NCBI RefSeq assembly: GCF_964204645.1
Contig: NC_134034.1
Location: 9,808,962-9,872,961 of the forward strand
Direction of reading: 5' to 3'
Source: Tubulanus polymorphus
Lineage: Eukaryota; Animalia; Nemertea
DNA: 64,000 bases
Part shown: positions 25,174 through 40,100 of the stretch, in pieces
Layout: every line of letters starts with the position of its first letter
Position numbering within the stretch: position 1 is the stretch's first letter
The notes under the pieces: model-generated
Databases searched by the model: none
The model's input: only the letters and a program-made list of their open reading frames with translations
Told to the model about the DNA's origin: nothing
Made by a program: the position numbers and the translations under genes

Positions 25174-28100
25174 CTGAAAACAACGACAAAATCGGTTAAA
25201 ATTCGAGCGTTAATTCGAATTTTCAAGATTTTGAACTCTCACAGGGTCACTAAACCGCTGAAAAATGCTAACGGTACGAATACAAATATTTCCAGAAATA
25301 TTTAATCCGAAAGTGAAAGAAATGTTCTAAATATTCGGTAAGGGGTCATTCATTTATTACGTACGCATTAGGGGAGGGGGAGGGGGGTCAGTGCAATTTC
25401 GTACTGTAATGCTTAATATATATGAAAAAATGGCCGATTTTGCGTACAGGGGGAGGGGGGTTGAAAAATTCAAATTTTATGCGTACGTAATAAATGAATG
25501 ATCCCTTAGCAATCATGGATAATAAGACCCTCGAAGACATTGTATGAAAATCTAAAACAACAGCTATTGTCTTTTTCGTTATGTTACGGGTTTAAAGGGG
25601 AACTGTAGTGAAAAATTTTTTGTATCTAGATGTGTTAGAAACCTTTATAAATACATTTTCAAAACAGCAGAAAAACATTTCATCCAATACTTTATCCAAA
25701 AAAGAGGGTTTTGTAAAGTGACTGGCCACCGCCATTTTCTCCAAGTAGCAGATGCTTTTCTCTCGGCTGTGATGTAGTTGCGGCCCACTTCGATACATGT
25801 TACTGCTGCTATTCATAGTGTTTTCATCACTTAAAGTTCATTAACAGTTCTAAACTGCAGCATGATGCCACATCAGCAATTATTTGGATATGTTCACACA
25901 GTGAGTGGAAAAATAAATGTAAAGTCCCCACTGGCAGCCCAGCAGGTATATTTTAATCGCAATTTTCAACTGAGATCTTCAATGAGTGTATCTATTTGTG
26001 TACACACTGGAGTGTGTGATGGTCCGGGATACGTCATCAATGTTTACATGCCTCGCTTTGGAATTAAAATATGGCGGCTCTCATCTGCCGTAAATTCTGC
26101 TGATAACAGTATCAAAATCGTTGTATACAAGTTTATTAGGAAGAATTGGAAGTTTCAACTACCATTATGCTAAACAACAACAGTAGAAATGAATGGCCAA
26201 TTAAAATTTTTCGACTGCAGTTCCCCTTTAAGAGCTTATTTGAAAAAACTTTGATTATGTGCATTATTTTTTTATCAAGGGGGTTAAACCCTCAGTAACA
26301 CCGTTCATATTGCTGTTCAATTTAATCAGTAATCAACAGTAAGACCCTCGGTAACATCTTTCATATTTCTGTTCAAATTAATCAGTAATCAACAGTAAAA
26401 CCCTCAGTTACATCTTTCATATTTCTGTTCAAATTAATCCGTAATCAACAGTAAGACCCTCAGTAACATCTTTCATATTTCTGCTCAAATTAATCAGTAA
26501 TCAACAGTAAAACCCTCAGTTACATCTTTCATATTTCTGTTCAAATTAATCAGTAATCAACAGTAAGACCCTCAGTAACATCTTTCATATTTCTGCTCAA
26601 ATTAATCAGTAATCAACAGTAAGACCCTCAGTAACATCTTTCATATTTCTGCTCAAATTAATCAGTAATCAACAGTAAGACCCTCGGTAACGGCTTTCAA
26701 AGACGAGCCCGCGGGTCGACGTTGTTTAACTCACATTTCGGATTAAGCACCAGGAAATTCAGAAGATCGGACAGCGATAAAATTCCGACGACTTTTTTCT
26801 CATCGTCGACTATCACCAGACGATGTACCTGCAAAATAAAAACACATAAATACATGATCGATAACAATCTTCAACGCGGCTTTGTTTTAGCCGCATTAAC
26901 TCGTTTGCGACTATAAGTGACGCCAGTCACACGTGATTTATTTTTCGCAACACGACGCGACCATCTCCCCCGGTCTAACCGGGCGGCCACTTATATTTGA
27001 CTCGCTATTTCCCCGACTATTCCATGACATGCACAATACTATCCCCGCGTCTATATCGTCAAATACGACAGACATTGATGGAAACTGTTTGATCTTATGA
27101 CGCGCGATCTAGTAATCTCAACAAATTTCCACGACTTTTCCCTGAATTTTAGCTTTTTCGTCAAAATTCCCCGACTATTCCCTGTGGCCCACCGATCAAG
27201 GTTTCAACGAAAGTTGCTACCATTTTTTTTCCTTCTAAAGCAACGTGCGTGCAACTCAAGATTTCAGATATTCGACGTACCTCCGCTTTGACTATTCTCT
27301 CTAACGTAGCTGCCAATGTTTCCGATAATTTGCAAACTGCCACTCCTTCGAAAGACCCCTAAAAGAAATAATTCGAAACGCGTTCAGCGTCGATGGTCAT
27401 CATTCCGTTAACACAGCCGCACCTATTAATCGATTCTCATTGTTTTAAACCCATTCGGCGTACCTACGCTTAATATCAAAATTATCTCCAGGGTCCAGTT
27501 TCACAAAAAAGTTAAACTAAAATTTTTGGTGTAATTGCCATTGGTTCCTTTATGTTTTCATTGAGGACAACAATTCGAACTTAACCGTTTTAGGCTTAAA
27601 CTTTTTCGTGAAACCGGGCCCAGCACTTTTAGAAGTTGATTAGTCAGCATTGGAAGGGCGGTTAATTATCACGTACCTCTTTGGAGCGATGTTGTAAGGC
27701 CTGTTTAATCGTCACGTCTAAGTTGTTATAAGTCTTTTCAGCAGCTAAATTCTGAAACGGAGTATAAATTCACCGATCAGGAAAAATCATGTTCCAAAAA
27801 GTACAAGTTTTGGCAACAGGGGTGGAAATTTTTTCTAAGTTTTAATTAACAATATGAGGACATCGATAAGTCAGCACTGAAAGGGTTTTAACTGATTACT
27901 TACAATGGTATCAAATTTTGCATAAATATCGACGACGCGTCCGTGCTCGTCGACTACGGGCAACGCTGAAACTCGCCTCGCGACGAATAAACTTAAAGCC
28001 TGGATCAATGGCATATCCGGCGTCGCCTGCAAAACCGTTAAGAGAAATAATTAAACTCTTTCCCGACGAGCAGACAGGGGATGGAATCAATTGCCGTTGA

Positions 28101-31100
28101 AACTAACCGTGGCGATATTTTCGTATGTTCCTATTCGAAGTTCGCCTAAAGTTTTCTGTAGAAAGTTCGGAAGCGGCAATTCGTGTATCTGCAATGAAAA
28201 CGAACATTCATCGGTGTTAATCGCCAAATACAGAATGGTGTGCAGTTGGACATTGAGGATATCACTTGTGGCAATTGAGGATCCACCAGGTGTCACTAGT
28301 CTGCAGTAGGACATAGAAGATTCCACTTGTGGCAAGTGAGGATCCACCAGGTGTCACTAGTGGACAGTAGGACATAGAAGATTCACCTTGTGGCAAGTGA
28401 AGATCCACCAGGTGTCACTAGTCTGCAGTGGGACGTAGAGGAATTAACTTGTGCCAAGTGAGGATCCACCAGGTGTCACTAGTGTACAGTAGGACATAGA
28501 AGATTCATCTAGTGGCAAGTGAGGATCCACCAGGTGTCACTAGTCTGCAGTAGGACATAGAAGATTCACCTAGTGGCAAGTGAAGTTCCACCAGATGTCA
28601 CTAGTCTGCAGTGGGACGTAGAAGAATTCATGTGTCAAGTGAGGATCCACCAGGTGTCACTAGTGGACAGTAGGACATAGAAGATTCACCTTGTGGCAAG
28701 TGAAGATCCACCAGGTGTCACTAGTCTGCAGTGGGACGTAGAGGAATTAACTTGTGCCAAGTGAGGATCCACCAGGTATCACTAGTGTACAGTAGGACAT
28801 AGAAGATTCATCTAGTGGCAAGTGAGGATCCACCAGGTGTCACTAGTCTGCAGTAGGACATAGAAGATTCACCTAGTGGCAAGTGAGGATTCACCAGGTG
28901 TCACTAGTCTGCAGTGGGACGTAGAAGAATTCATGTGTCAAGTGAGGATCCACGTGGTGTCAATAGTCTGCAGTAGGACATAGAGGATTCCACTTGTGGC
29001 AAGTGAAGATCGAACATCGAAAATCAAGGATGACAGGCATGCTACCGAGTACTTACATAAAGATAAACAAATCTCAGAATTCGTTTGTGCGTCAACACGT
29101 AGAGGGCGTTACCGGTCACCGGGTCGATTACGGGCAGACGATGTACTTTACAGTCGATGAGTTTTTTGATGGCGTCGAATAAACAGGCGTCCGGGTGAAT
29201 GTAAATAAACGGTTTCGAGTGATCCTTTAGAGCATCTGAAAATACAAACAAATAATCTATACAATACAACGCTGGGGTGGCGAAACACCTCACGCAGGGC
29301 GGTCACTTTCCACCCATTAACAAACAAAGTTCAACTGCAATCTGCATTTCCGGGAGCGTCTGCTCACGGTAATTCATAATTTCCATAAAACTGCCGCAAA
29401 TAAAAAGACATCTAAACCTCACCTTTCCACGTAACGATTTTGTGTTCTTCCAATTCTTCCATTTTCACCTAAAAATAGAACGACAGATCGAAATGAAATT
29501 TCCGCAACTACAAATATCGAGACGCACAATCAATCACCGCTAAGCATAAACGGTTCCTAATCAATCAATGAATCAACGAATCAAAGAATCAGATCCGGTT
29601 ATTTTTTCGCGTTCAGAAATTATCAATTTTTCTAATCGAACGGAAAAAAAAATTCAAATGAAACTTCAGCAAAATCAACAAAGCTACAAAAAACCACGAC
29701 GATATCATGATAGAAGAAACAATAAGAGTCCCGATCAAGCGGAGGAGAGGGTGGGGTGGGGGTTTAACTTCTAAAACTACGAATACTTCGGGCGCAGACT
29801 TTTTTTCGGGTTATAATGGGGAACCGCAACACCTACTATCCCACCAGATGGCGTAACGAGCACTCCGTCTTTCGTTGCGAAAATAAGATCCGTCATTGAT
29901 CAACTTTGATCCGAATTATTAGCTCATCATGAATCCATACGTTATTACAAGATGCACCACCAAAAATCAACATTTGAATTCCTTTTTCTACTCAGTGATT
30001 GGTAATAGTTTTTGAAATTATTCATCGATCTAAGAAAAAGGTTCATTTGATTTCAGCTGAAACGTAGACGAAATTGATCACGAAAGATCGAGCAACTACT
30101 GGCGACACCTGGCGGATCGCCGATCGCCACCTGAAGTGTTGGTGGCACCTCCTCGCAGTCATTAATCGGTAAACAGTTGTCGGAAATCTATTTCAATCGT
30201 AGCTAAGAAGAACGAAACAGCCGAACATGCACAAAAATCATTCACAGGCTACCACACAACGATATTTACCTACTACACAATTTTACCCCGGTTCATCGTT
30301 CATCATTCAGACGTGGTTACCACATTCGCAATTCCGTTCTCTTTTCACCGGGGACACGCAGAGGGTGGTATACTAGGGTTCTGATTCTGAACACTTCAAA
30401 GAGGGCGCCGGTTGAGCCGATCGCCTCTGGATTAAGCTGATCCGTATTTGACTAGCGGTAATTTCGAGATATTTTTTGCTTAGATTTGACATTTGCTGAG
30501 GCATTGATTTCAGGTATCACCCCTTGTAGGGGCGTGGGTTTTGTGCAAGTAAGGGGTGATATACATTCTGGTATTTCAGGGGGGAAACCGCGGTCGAGCT
30601 CGGATTGGTGTATGAATCATTGAGATAAAGATGAGAGATGGCCTTACCTGCCAGGGACTGCGTCCGGAGATCGCATCCGTCGTGTCAGACGCCTAAACAA
30701 AACACATCGTTAGTGACTAACCGATTGTACGGGGGAAACTACACAGCGAGGATGGGTATGTCGTCTGCTGTGTTACATCGATCCGCTGGTTCTAATAACT
30801 GTGTTTAAGCGATAATCTCGCGGGCGGGGTTTGGGGGATCGTGGGTTTCATAAAAACAATCAAATCGATTATTACGATTTAACCCTTTCAGTGCCGACTA
30901 ATTAAAAGTACTGGAAATAATTTTTAAGTTTTCACAAATTCCATTCCGGTGTGTTGTATAACAGGCATACTACTTGTAGTACTCATTACACCCACTACAC
31001 CGCCATGCGGCGTATCGTTAGTTACTAATATTGCACTACATTCGACAGGTGCTGCCATCTTTAAATAGAGATAAAGACTGATTACTAATATTATCAATAC

Positions 31101-34100
31101 ACCGCGGTGCAATGTACTATTACCGATATTTCATGTTTGATAGGTGCTGCCATCTTTCAATCGAGGTAAAAACTAATTACTAATAACATCGATATACAGT
31201 GATGCGATGTTTTAGCGTAGTCCATCACGGATTGTAAACATCGCGTTGCAATGTGCTAGCATAATCCATCACGGATTGTAAACACCGCGTTGCAATGTGC
31301 TAGCATAGTCCATCTTTGGTTGGAAAACCGTAGTGCGATGTACTAGTGTAGTCCATCAAAGACCGTTAACATTATAAACACTGCACTGAAAGGTTTAAAT
31401 TGAACTGAATCCAGTAAAGAAATGGGTCGATTCGAGATGTTCTTTATGAAACCAGGGCCTTGGCGGCTTTTTAAAAATTGACGCCTGGCTATAGTGTCGA
31501 CCAATGAACTTAATCCGGGCCAGCGTGGGTCGGACTTGCAACTGCGATTCTCTTGACCGTAACCCGCCCATATATTGCCAGTCGACCTGCGCTCGCGTCT
31601 CAAGTCCACCATTGTACAACAGCCATTTTGGTTAATGTTGTTGCCCGGTCCAAATTAACCGATCTACGATTCGTAGTTGATTTGTTATAGACGGAATTTT
31701 TCCTCAAAACATTGATTCTAGTTTCAACTCCCCGCTAAACCATGTATACACACTACACAATGAACGGCACGACACGTAACAAGGAGGGAGCACCGGAAGG
31801 CGATTATAGCTAACTAAACAACATAAGCCGCGATGAAGTTTTTTATTTTTCGGCGTAGTTATTTCGAACCAGCGAACCATATAACGAAGCAGACGCCATG
31901 ATAACGAACTACAACAACTGCGGTGTATAGGTGGGGGTGATGATTATAGGGGGAGGCTGGTTTCATGGATACGGGCGCGAGGGAGGGAAGGGCAAATTAA
32001 CCCCCCTGCCCATTAGGAATATATCAAGATTCTTCGAAGATATTCCAACGTAAATTGGTCGAGATATTTTGAAGGTATTTCGATAACTTCAAAACCCGTT
32101 CCATGAAACCGTTCCGCCGCCCAGGGGGCAGTTTGTCAACGATCTATCACAATTTCGATTCTAACTTTTTGCAGGAATAACGATCAGTAAACACGGAGCC
32201 CGGAGAAATAATGCTTGGATCACCAAAGCCCTGTTAAATCATCGCGTTACCTTGAGGACCAGCTATTTTCAAGAAACAATACTATAACAGGGAATGACAA
32301 TACCAGCCAGCTATTCCACCAGGTGGCATGGCGAGCACTCAGTCTGACAATGCCGGAATTAGTTCAATTTAAGTTAACTTCGAACTTTTAGATTCCTGAA
32401 TCAAAACATACTCGGATATAGGCATAGTTTTCATTGATATCTGATTTAAGAGAAAATTTCATTCTATTTCAACTGAAATGTGCAAGAAATTGAACGCCGA
32501 AGACCGAGTAACTACTAGCGACACCTGGTGGATCCTCACATGCCACAAGTGGGATCGGGGGTTCCCCAATGTTTTTGTGCAACGGATAATGATCGATAGC
32601 TCTTAAAAGACACAAAGTTAAAATCGAAATGGAAAATATAACTCGTCGATATTTCGTTGAAAAATTGCGACGTTTAATACGCGAGTTGGAGCTGGGTTTT
32701 TTTTTATTCCTTTTTTTACGAGTGGGTAAAGAAAAGAACGATAAAATAGATGCAGGAAAATTAACAACTACTAAAATTGAACTCAATTAGAAAACAGTGA
32801 ACAACCGGAACAGAATACTACAGTAGACCGCGTTCACCTCGGAGTAGATCATCGCTCCGGTTATTGCGCGAGCTCCAGAAAAACATGATATTAATTTTCT
32901 TACTCCGATTCATTGCGACGACGACGCAAACCGCCGCAAATTCGAATCCCCGGAATTACGCGGTAACGCGCGAGATACCGAGGCAAACGCCGTCTGCCGT
33001 ATTCATCAAACTCGAACCGAAACCAAATTTTCAAACTCGAACTGAAGTTAACGCAATTAGCTTTTTAACCCTTTCAGTGCTGACTAATCAATACCCTATA
33101 GTGCTGGAGATAATTTGAAAATTCTAAAAAATTCCATCCTTGTGTATTGAACAACGGGAATACCACTATAGTGTGTCTACACTGCGGTGCGGTGTACTAG
33201 CAAAATCTATCACTGATTTATACACCGCACTGCGGTGTAGACGCGCTGAAAGGGTTAAGTCATTATCAATTTGCGAGTTTTTCACTGGCTTCCTATCATG
33301 ATTTCGAAGTACGATCTGCCTACACGGGTCACATCTACTCACCATAGATGAATCATAGGAGCGAACGAAATGGAAACTTTCCCAAATTTCAATTAGTTAC
33401 AAAGATTCCTAATCCCACATTTAGAATATGAGTCTGAAAATTTCCGAGCTAACATTTTTTTCGACGTAAGGTTAGAAATAATTGATACCTCGTTTCTTAT
33501 TTATGCCGAGCTAGAAAGTTGACCCAGTCGGCCGCCTATCTACCCCGTACATTACCTTTTTTTTTCAAAATCGAGATCAAGCTAACAGTAACAGGCCTGG
33601 CAGTTATAGAAATGAACTGACGACAAAAGTGACCCGGAAAAAGGTATCAATTTTTTTAGCCTTACGACTACATCCTTATGGTTGTCTTCAGGAATACTGG
33701 TGTGTATTAAGAGTTGAGATGTCAGACAGTAGGCAGATAGCATTCAGCAGTGAGTGTCAGACGTGAAACACAATAGCCGCCATATTTCTACATTATAAGC
33801 TGTTGTAGGCTTCGGAAGGAATGGAAACCCGACAGAGCTCACAATGCTGCTCCGTTGCAATATTGTCATCACTATTTGCGCTATAGTTGTTTCCAATTTC
33901 AGGAAAAACACAAGATCGCCATTTAAGCAGAGAAATCTAGAGTTTTGAAACATATCAGCTCTGTACTTTCCAACATGGCAGAGCCATCGGGTTCAAATCT
34001 CTGCAAGGGAGGAACGTGACCGTCTCATGATGCCAGCAGGTTCAAATCCCCGCGAGGGAGGAACGTGGCATAAACTCATCAGGTTCAAACCCCTGCGTGT

Positions 34101-37100
34101 TACCCTCGCTCCGAGGGAGGAACAGGGCAGAATCTAACGACGCCATCAGATTCAAACATCTTCTAAGCGGTAGGATGCAACTATCCGATGGCGTTTGGTT
34201 TTTGCCCGACGACATTTTCTAATATCTCTTCGTACTCATTCTAAACACCGACATAATTCATCGATACCTACGCGACTGGTGTACGCTCACTTACCAGGGG
34301 AGACTTGTAATATTTTTGAAGTATATTGATGAAGTCAGTGATTGTTAGCATGCCTGAAAATCAGAGACAAAAAAAATTCAATTTCACGACAATACCCGTA
34401 GGGTATTCGTCATCGATACACAGTCCGAGTCATCTATACCAGCCCCCATCACGATGGATATATTCCCCTTACTACGAATTACCCAAGTTTTCCCCGATTC
34501 TTCCGTGTTACGACAAAAACTTCCCTGAGGGAATCTTTTCCTGGTTTTAAAAATGTTATAATTCATTCATTTTTCATTGAATCACGTATTGATAAAGAAA
34601 CACGCGTAGTCAAAAGCATCATCAAAATTCCCTGAGTTTTCCAGGTTTCTTTATTTTGCAAATATTGTCAAATTCCCAGATTTTTTTTCTAGATTGTTCT
34701 GATTCCTAGAGTTTTCCGGGTCAGTGGCGCCACTGATTCTTACCGACGAAGTGTTGACTCGTGCTATCCCAGAGTGGCGCGGCGCGTACGCCGTTATAGA
34801 CAAGCGCAAAAAATGCTTTTTTAACCTGAAAAAAGACAAAAACGCGATTGAATTATAACCTACACGACAACCGTATATAAATGATCATCACACCGGTTCG
34901 AACCTGTTATCCCCATTTACTTATCAATAGCGATGTCAAGCAGGTTGCATGTTACTTCTGGTTAGGGGTGGTTAAGTGGGTAGTATTCACGGTGGGCGCT
35001 GTGTCTCGAGACTGCAGGGATATGTTTGAGCGATGTGTCCAGGGCTTCAGAGGTAGTTTCAGCAAATATGTCTAGGACTTTTAGAGGTCCTTTTGGGCTA
35101 CCGCTTGTGTCCAGGACTTAAGAGGTACTGTTGGGCGATGTGTCCAGGGCTTCAGAGGTAGTTTCAGCGAATATGTCTAGGACTTTATAGGTACTTTTGG
35201 GCTACCGCTTGTGTCCAGGACTTTAGAGGTACTTATGGGCAATGTGTCCAGGGCTTCAGAGGTAGTTTCAGCGAATATGTCTAGGACTTTATAGGTACTT
35301 TTGGGCTACTGCTTGTGTCCAGGACTTAAGAGGTACTTTTGGGCAATGTGTCCAGGGCTTCAGAGGTACTGGTATTGGGCATCTAGGGTTTTAGACGTTC
35401 ATGTACTTCGAGGAAATTCATCTGCGGCTTTCGAGGGGCTTAAGTAAGAGGTACTTATGAACAACTAGTCAATGTGCTGGTCTACTGGGGCCGGTTGTGA
35501 AGTCATGGCTTAGTCTAAGACTGACTTAGTTCTATAGCTAATCCAATAACATAAGACCACTTTCGGACTGTAGTCACGACTGCGCAACTGGCCGCGGGTG
35601 AAATGTACATCTGCCGGTGAAGACACTTACGTTTAGTTGAGTATCGAACACGACAAGTTTTGAACTGGTTGGAATTAAGTCGTAACATTTATGAGCGCGT
35701 GTGAACTTCGCGAAGACTTGCTCTAGATTTTCATCTGAAAAAAAGATGAAAAAAAATTCAACGACAAATATTCAGATCAGAAATATTTCCGATGAATTTT
35801 TCATAAAAATGTATTTTATGAAGCCTAAACTTCCGAGAGATTTGAATGACTAGACGAATTTTCACTTTTTATCGATCGTTAGATCTTTATGTGCTTCAAA
35901 TTAACCCTTTCAGTGCTGACTAATTAACTAATTAAAAGCGCTGGAGATAATTTGAAAATTCCACCCTGGTATGTTGAATAACGGGTATACCGCTATAGTG
36001 TCTACACCGCAATGCGGTGTATCGTTAGTTACTAATATTTCAGTATGTTTGACAGGTGCTGCCATCTTTTAATACAGATTACAACTAATTAATAATAACA
36101 TAAATACATTAATACACCGCCATGTGGTGTATTAGGAGTCAATCACTGATTTATACACCGCCACACGGTGTAGACCCGCTAAAAGGCTTAAGAGAAGTTT
36201 TCAAGGAATTGAGTAGTATTTGAATGTAGCGATGAACTGAATGGTTAAGATATTCTATTTACCGGTCAAGACCGATTAATATTTTGGATCACTTTCTCTG
36301 TAAAATTTGCTTGCGCTACGAAACTTTACAGCTTAAGTTTATAGCCATTCGAGTTAACTGTTGTGCATTCAATTTTAATTACCTAGGTCTTCGATTTCCA
36401 TATTTTGCATATCTGATTCCAGGCTGCATATCTGAAATAAACGATATAAAGACAACCTTGAAATAACCAACAGGCAAACGAATAAACAATCAATCATTAT
36501 AGCGCGCTGACTTATTTGGGTCAGGAACGTTTTCAATGCTCGTGGGTATCGAAGACACCTGTTTATAGATATGGGCAATTAAAATCATACGTGCCGCACG
36601 AGGAGTTGCGTACCTGCCACGTAAAGAACTGCACCAGATGGTAAGACTTACTACACGTTTTAAGGCAATGAAGGCTCCGGCAATAGAGGATTCTACTTAT
36701 GACAAGTGAGGGTCCACCAGGTGTCGCCAGTGTGCAGTAGGACATCAATAACTGCGGCAATACAGAAAAGTGGCAAGTGAGGATCCACCAGGTGTCGCCA
36801 GTGTGTAGTAGGACATCAATAACTGCGGCAATACAGGATAGTGGCAAGTGAGGATCCACCATGTGTCACCAGTGTGCAGTAGGACATCAATTATTGCAGC
36901 CATAGAGGATTCCACCTGTTGCATTGAGGATCAACCAGGTTTCGCTAATTGGGTAGTTGGATATCAACTAATGTCGCAATTAGGGGAGTCCATTTGTGGT
37001 ATCGGAAAGTGAAGATCCACCAGGTGTCGCCAAGATTCAAGTGCATCAGCAGTGGAAGTTTTCAGCATGGATGTGTAGCGAGGGTCCACCAGGTAGAACT

Positions 37101-40100
37101 AGGGAACATGAATTGTGGAAATTTCTTCTCACGATTAATATTAAAATCAAAATAGATCCATTAATTTCTCTTACTCAACAAATGACGAATAAAAATCATG
37201 CCATATTTGATTGATTATCAATGTAACCGAGTTCGCCTAAAGGGGGGCTTAATCTAGAAATAAAGAACAAACTCCGAGAGTATGTCCTACTACTGTTTGG
37301 CACGCCATCTGGTGGCACAATGATAAAACACCGACGCCAGATGAAACCGGACTTGTATCACAATGGTTAGGTCGCGTCATGATCTTACCTTATCAGGATC
37401 GCGGTATATGATATAATTCTGTCCGATCTCCCGCGCCCCTAACTGACTCGACTCCAGACTGCGGCTGTGCACTAGAGAGACATAAAACGTCGAATACATT
37501 ATATTTTCATTAACGAAATCCTAAACCATCATCACCATTGCAACATTCATTAGCATACGTGCCAACGAGTCATCGGTTCCTGGTATCGTAAAAATAGCGA
37601 ACCAGGAAATAACCGCAGATAAATCGATCAAACAATAGACTCGGTAAACTCTTTCATTCAATTTAGCTTTTTCAAAAAAAAAGAAAAACTTCTGGAGCCA
37701 ATTCCATAGATCCGTCACCTACTATCTTAATTTTTGAAAATGTCTCATAGAAAATTGAGTCTAAACGTCGCTACTCTCCTAGTTTTGAAAACGTCTGATA
37801 AAAATTGAGTCTAAACGTAACTACTCACTCAGTTTTGGAAATGTCGCCTACGATGTCTCGTGCCATAGGGTGGCAAAGTCAAATACTTTCTCTGATCTTT
37901 TCATAGTAATGGCATTTTTTCCATCGATTAAAATTTAGGACATTCTGTAGCCTACGGCAACCGAAATAGCTATCGTAATCTGTATAGGCCTATCAGAGAT
38001 CGTAGGCAATCTTAGAACTATAAATTTTATCTGCGTTATTATCTTTTTTTATCGATACAAAGTTCACCACTGCCGCGATTTGAAAACTATGTCAACATTT
38101 TAAAAATCGTGTCAACAAACGGTGCGCCCGACGATAAGAGAGCTAGAGAACCAGTGCGAGGGCGCAAGGTAAAACTCGATAAACGGGTAAGTGTTTTTTA
38201 TTTAAACACAACTTACAAACATGTTTTGTTTCAAGCGGTAGTAGAGTAGCTCAGTTGAGATAAGGCGTGATGCTGTTGCATCCACTAACAGTGCCAAGTG
38301 ACAAGTGGGTTCATGTCCTGCTTGCTGCTTACAGTGGACACTTCAATGATCCCATTGTGAGGTTAAATGAACAATCTAATAGGGTAGGCCTAACTTAGTC
38401 GTAAACGTAAAGCCAAAACAAACAATCCTCAAATTTGTGATCGCGTTCAAATAACGTAATGTATAACAGGATATTTTAAACCTAGATTTAGATTACCTGA
38501 TTATGCCGGGCATGAATAAGGACATTAAAACCTAAGTTAATCAGATCACCAAGGGCCTGAATCAGGTTATATATAAACCTAGCTACTAAAGGTTATATGG
38601 GTTAAGATTACGTTGGCTGTAAATAAATCAGGAAATATAAATTGTGAAGATAGATCGGCGGAGTTAAAACCGCGCGAACAATTTTAGAAGAATAAATCTG
38701 TGGGTTCACTTATCAGTATTCTGAATGATATCGCAAACTGCTGCCATATGAAATTGAAAGTCAGTCAGTGGTCGGGGTGTGGTGTAGTCAGTAACCTGAC
38801 TGTGGTTTAGTTGGACTGTGGAAGGAATTTTGAAGGCGGAATCTATCATGAATAAAGGTTTCCAGTGGAGAAATAACCAGGCTACAGCCGAGAAAAATAA
38901 CTGGAAACTAAAATTACGCAAAATATTAGGGTTGGGCCGCGGCAATTTCGCAATTTATTTCATCATCCAAAAATCAGTCAGAGAAATCAGACTGTCTGTG
39001 GTTGTCTCACAAATTCAATCCAATACCGGTGCAGACAGACATTTCAAACATTTATCAACGCCATACATACTCAAACCGGTCAGTAAACTATCCGAGTTAG
39101 CCTGTACCATGTCCATCTAGTTTAAAAACGCCACAAATTCGCCGGAAAACCACCGAAAACAGGCGAAATAAGCGAAAATTTCGCTATATTTTGAGCTGAA
39201 TTTGACAGAAATGGAGCTCAAGGTCGCCAGCCTCGTTCTAGGTGGTTTGTTTACTGATGAAGGTGAAGGTCGCCGCCGAGCACATGGCTACTCGTGGGGG
39301 CAGAATGTAAACAATAACACAATTCAATTCGCTTTTTATTGCCCCAAATAATTGACGACACGAAAACAATATTTCAAACCGCTTTGAAATTGTATGAAAG
39401 CTGGTGTGGAATATAATAGCCTAATAAATACATATTTCAAAATTACAAGGCCATATTTTCTGACAGGCTGTAATGTTTTAACAAATTGTTTTAACAAATT
39501 ATAACATTCGTTATCTTACTGTATTCAAAGATTACTATGTAAGATATTGTGCTTTCTCGAGAAAATAATGAATTATTATCATCGTTATTATAATTTTTAT
39601 TATATAACTATCATTATTGCCATAAAACTCACCTAATTGTCTGTGTTGAGTCCTCGGCGAGCTGGATGGGCTGATCTGTCAAAAAGAACCAAGTCAATAA
39701 AGTCAATAAAAAGTAATTACCATATGAATACGACAACAGAAACATTCATAATTTATAACGGGGTATAATAAAATAATATCGGTAACTAGCAACTAGGTCA
39801 ACTTTCAGGGCATGATTTACAAATCATTTTGTTTACTTTGACAAGCTACACGCAGTGGAGCGAAATAAAGGCAGTGTATGTTTGTATATATATATAAGCA
39901 TGAAATGAATTAATGTCCGTATAGTTTGTTTAAGAAAAATAATTCTAAAATTTTTCAGTTCTTCATCTATTCAGTGCTTTTTAGCGATTCAAATACGGAT
40001 GGACTCCTCAAATGAATATGTCTCTCAAGGGTCGATTTTGGGGTGGACTAGTCCATCTACTTCATAATTCAGATGTCTCCTCCAAAAAGTCGGGGATATT

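Noticed and set aside
32838-33345. Orphan donors ATG|gtgagt (~33341) and GAG|gtgaac (32837)
   Set aside because: No phase-consistent acceptor found. They could be internal first exons but sequence alone does not support this.
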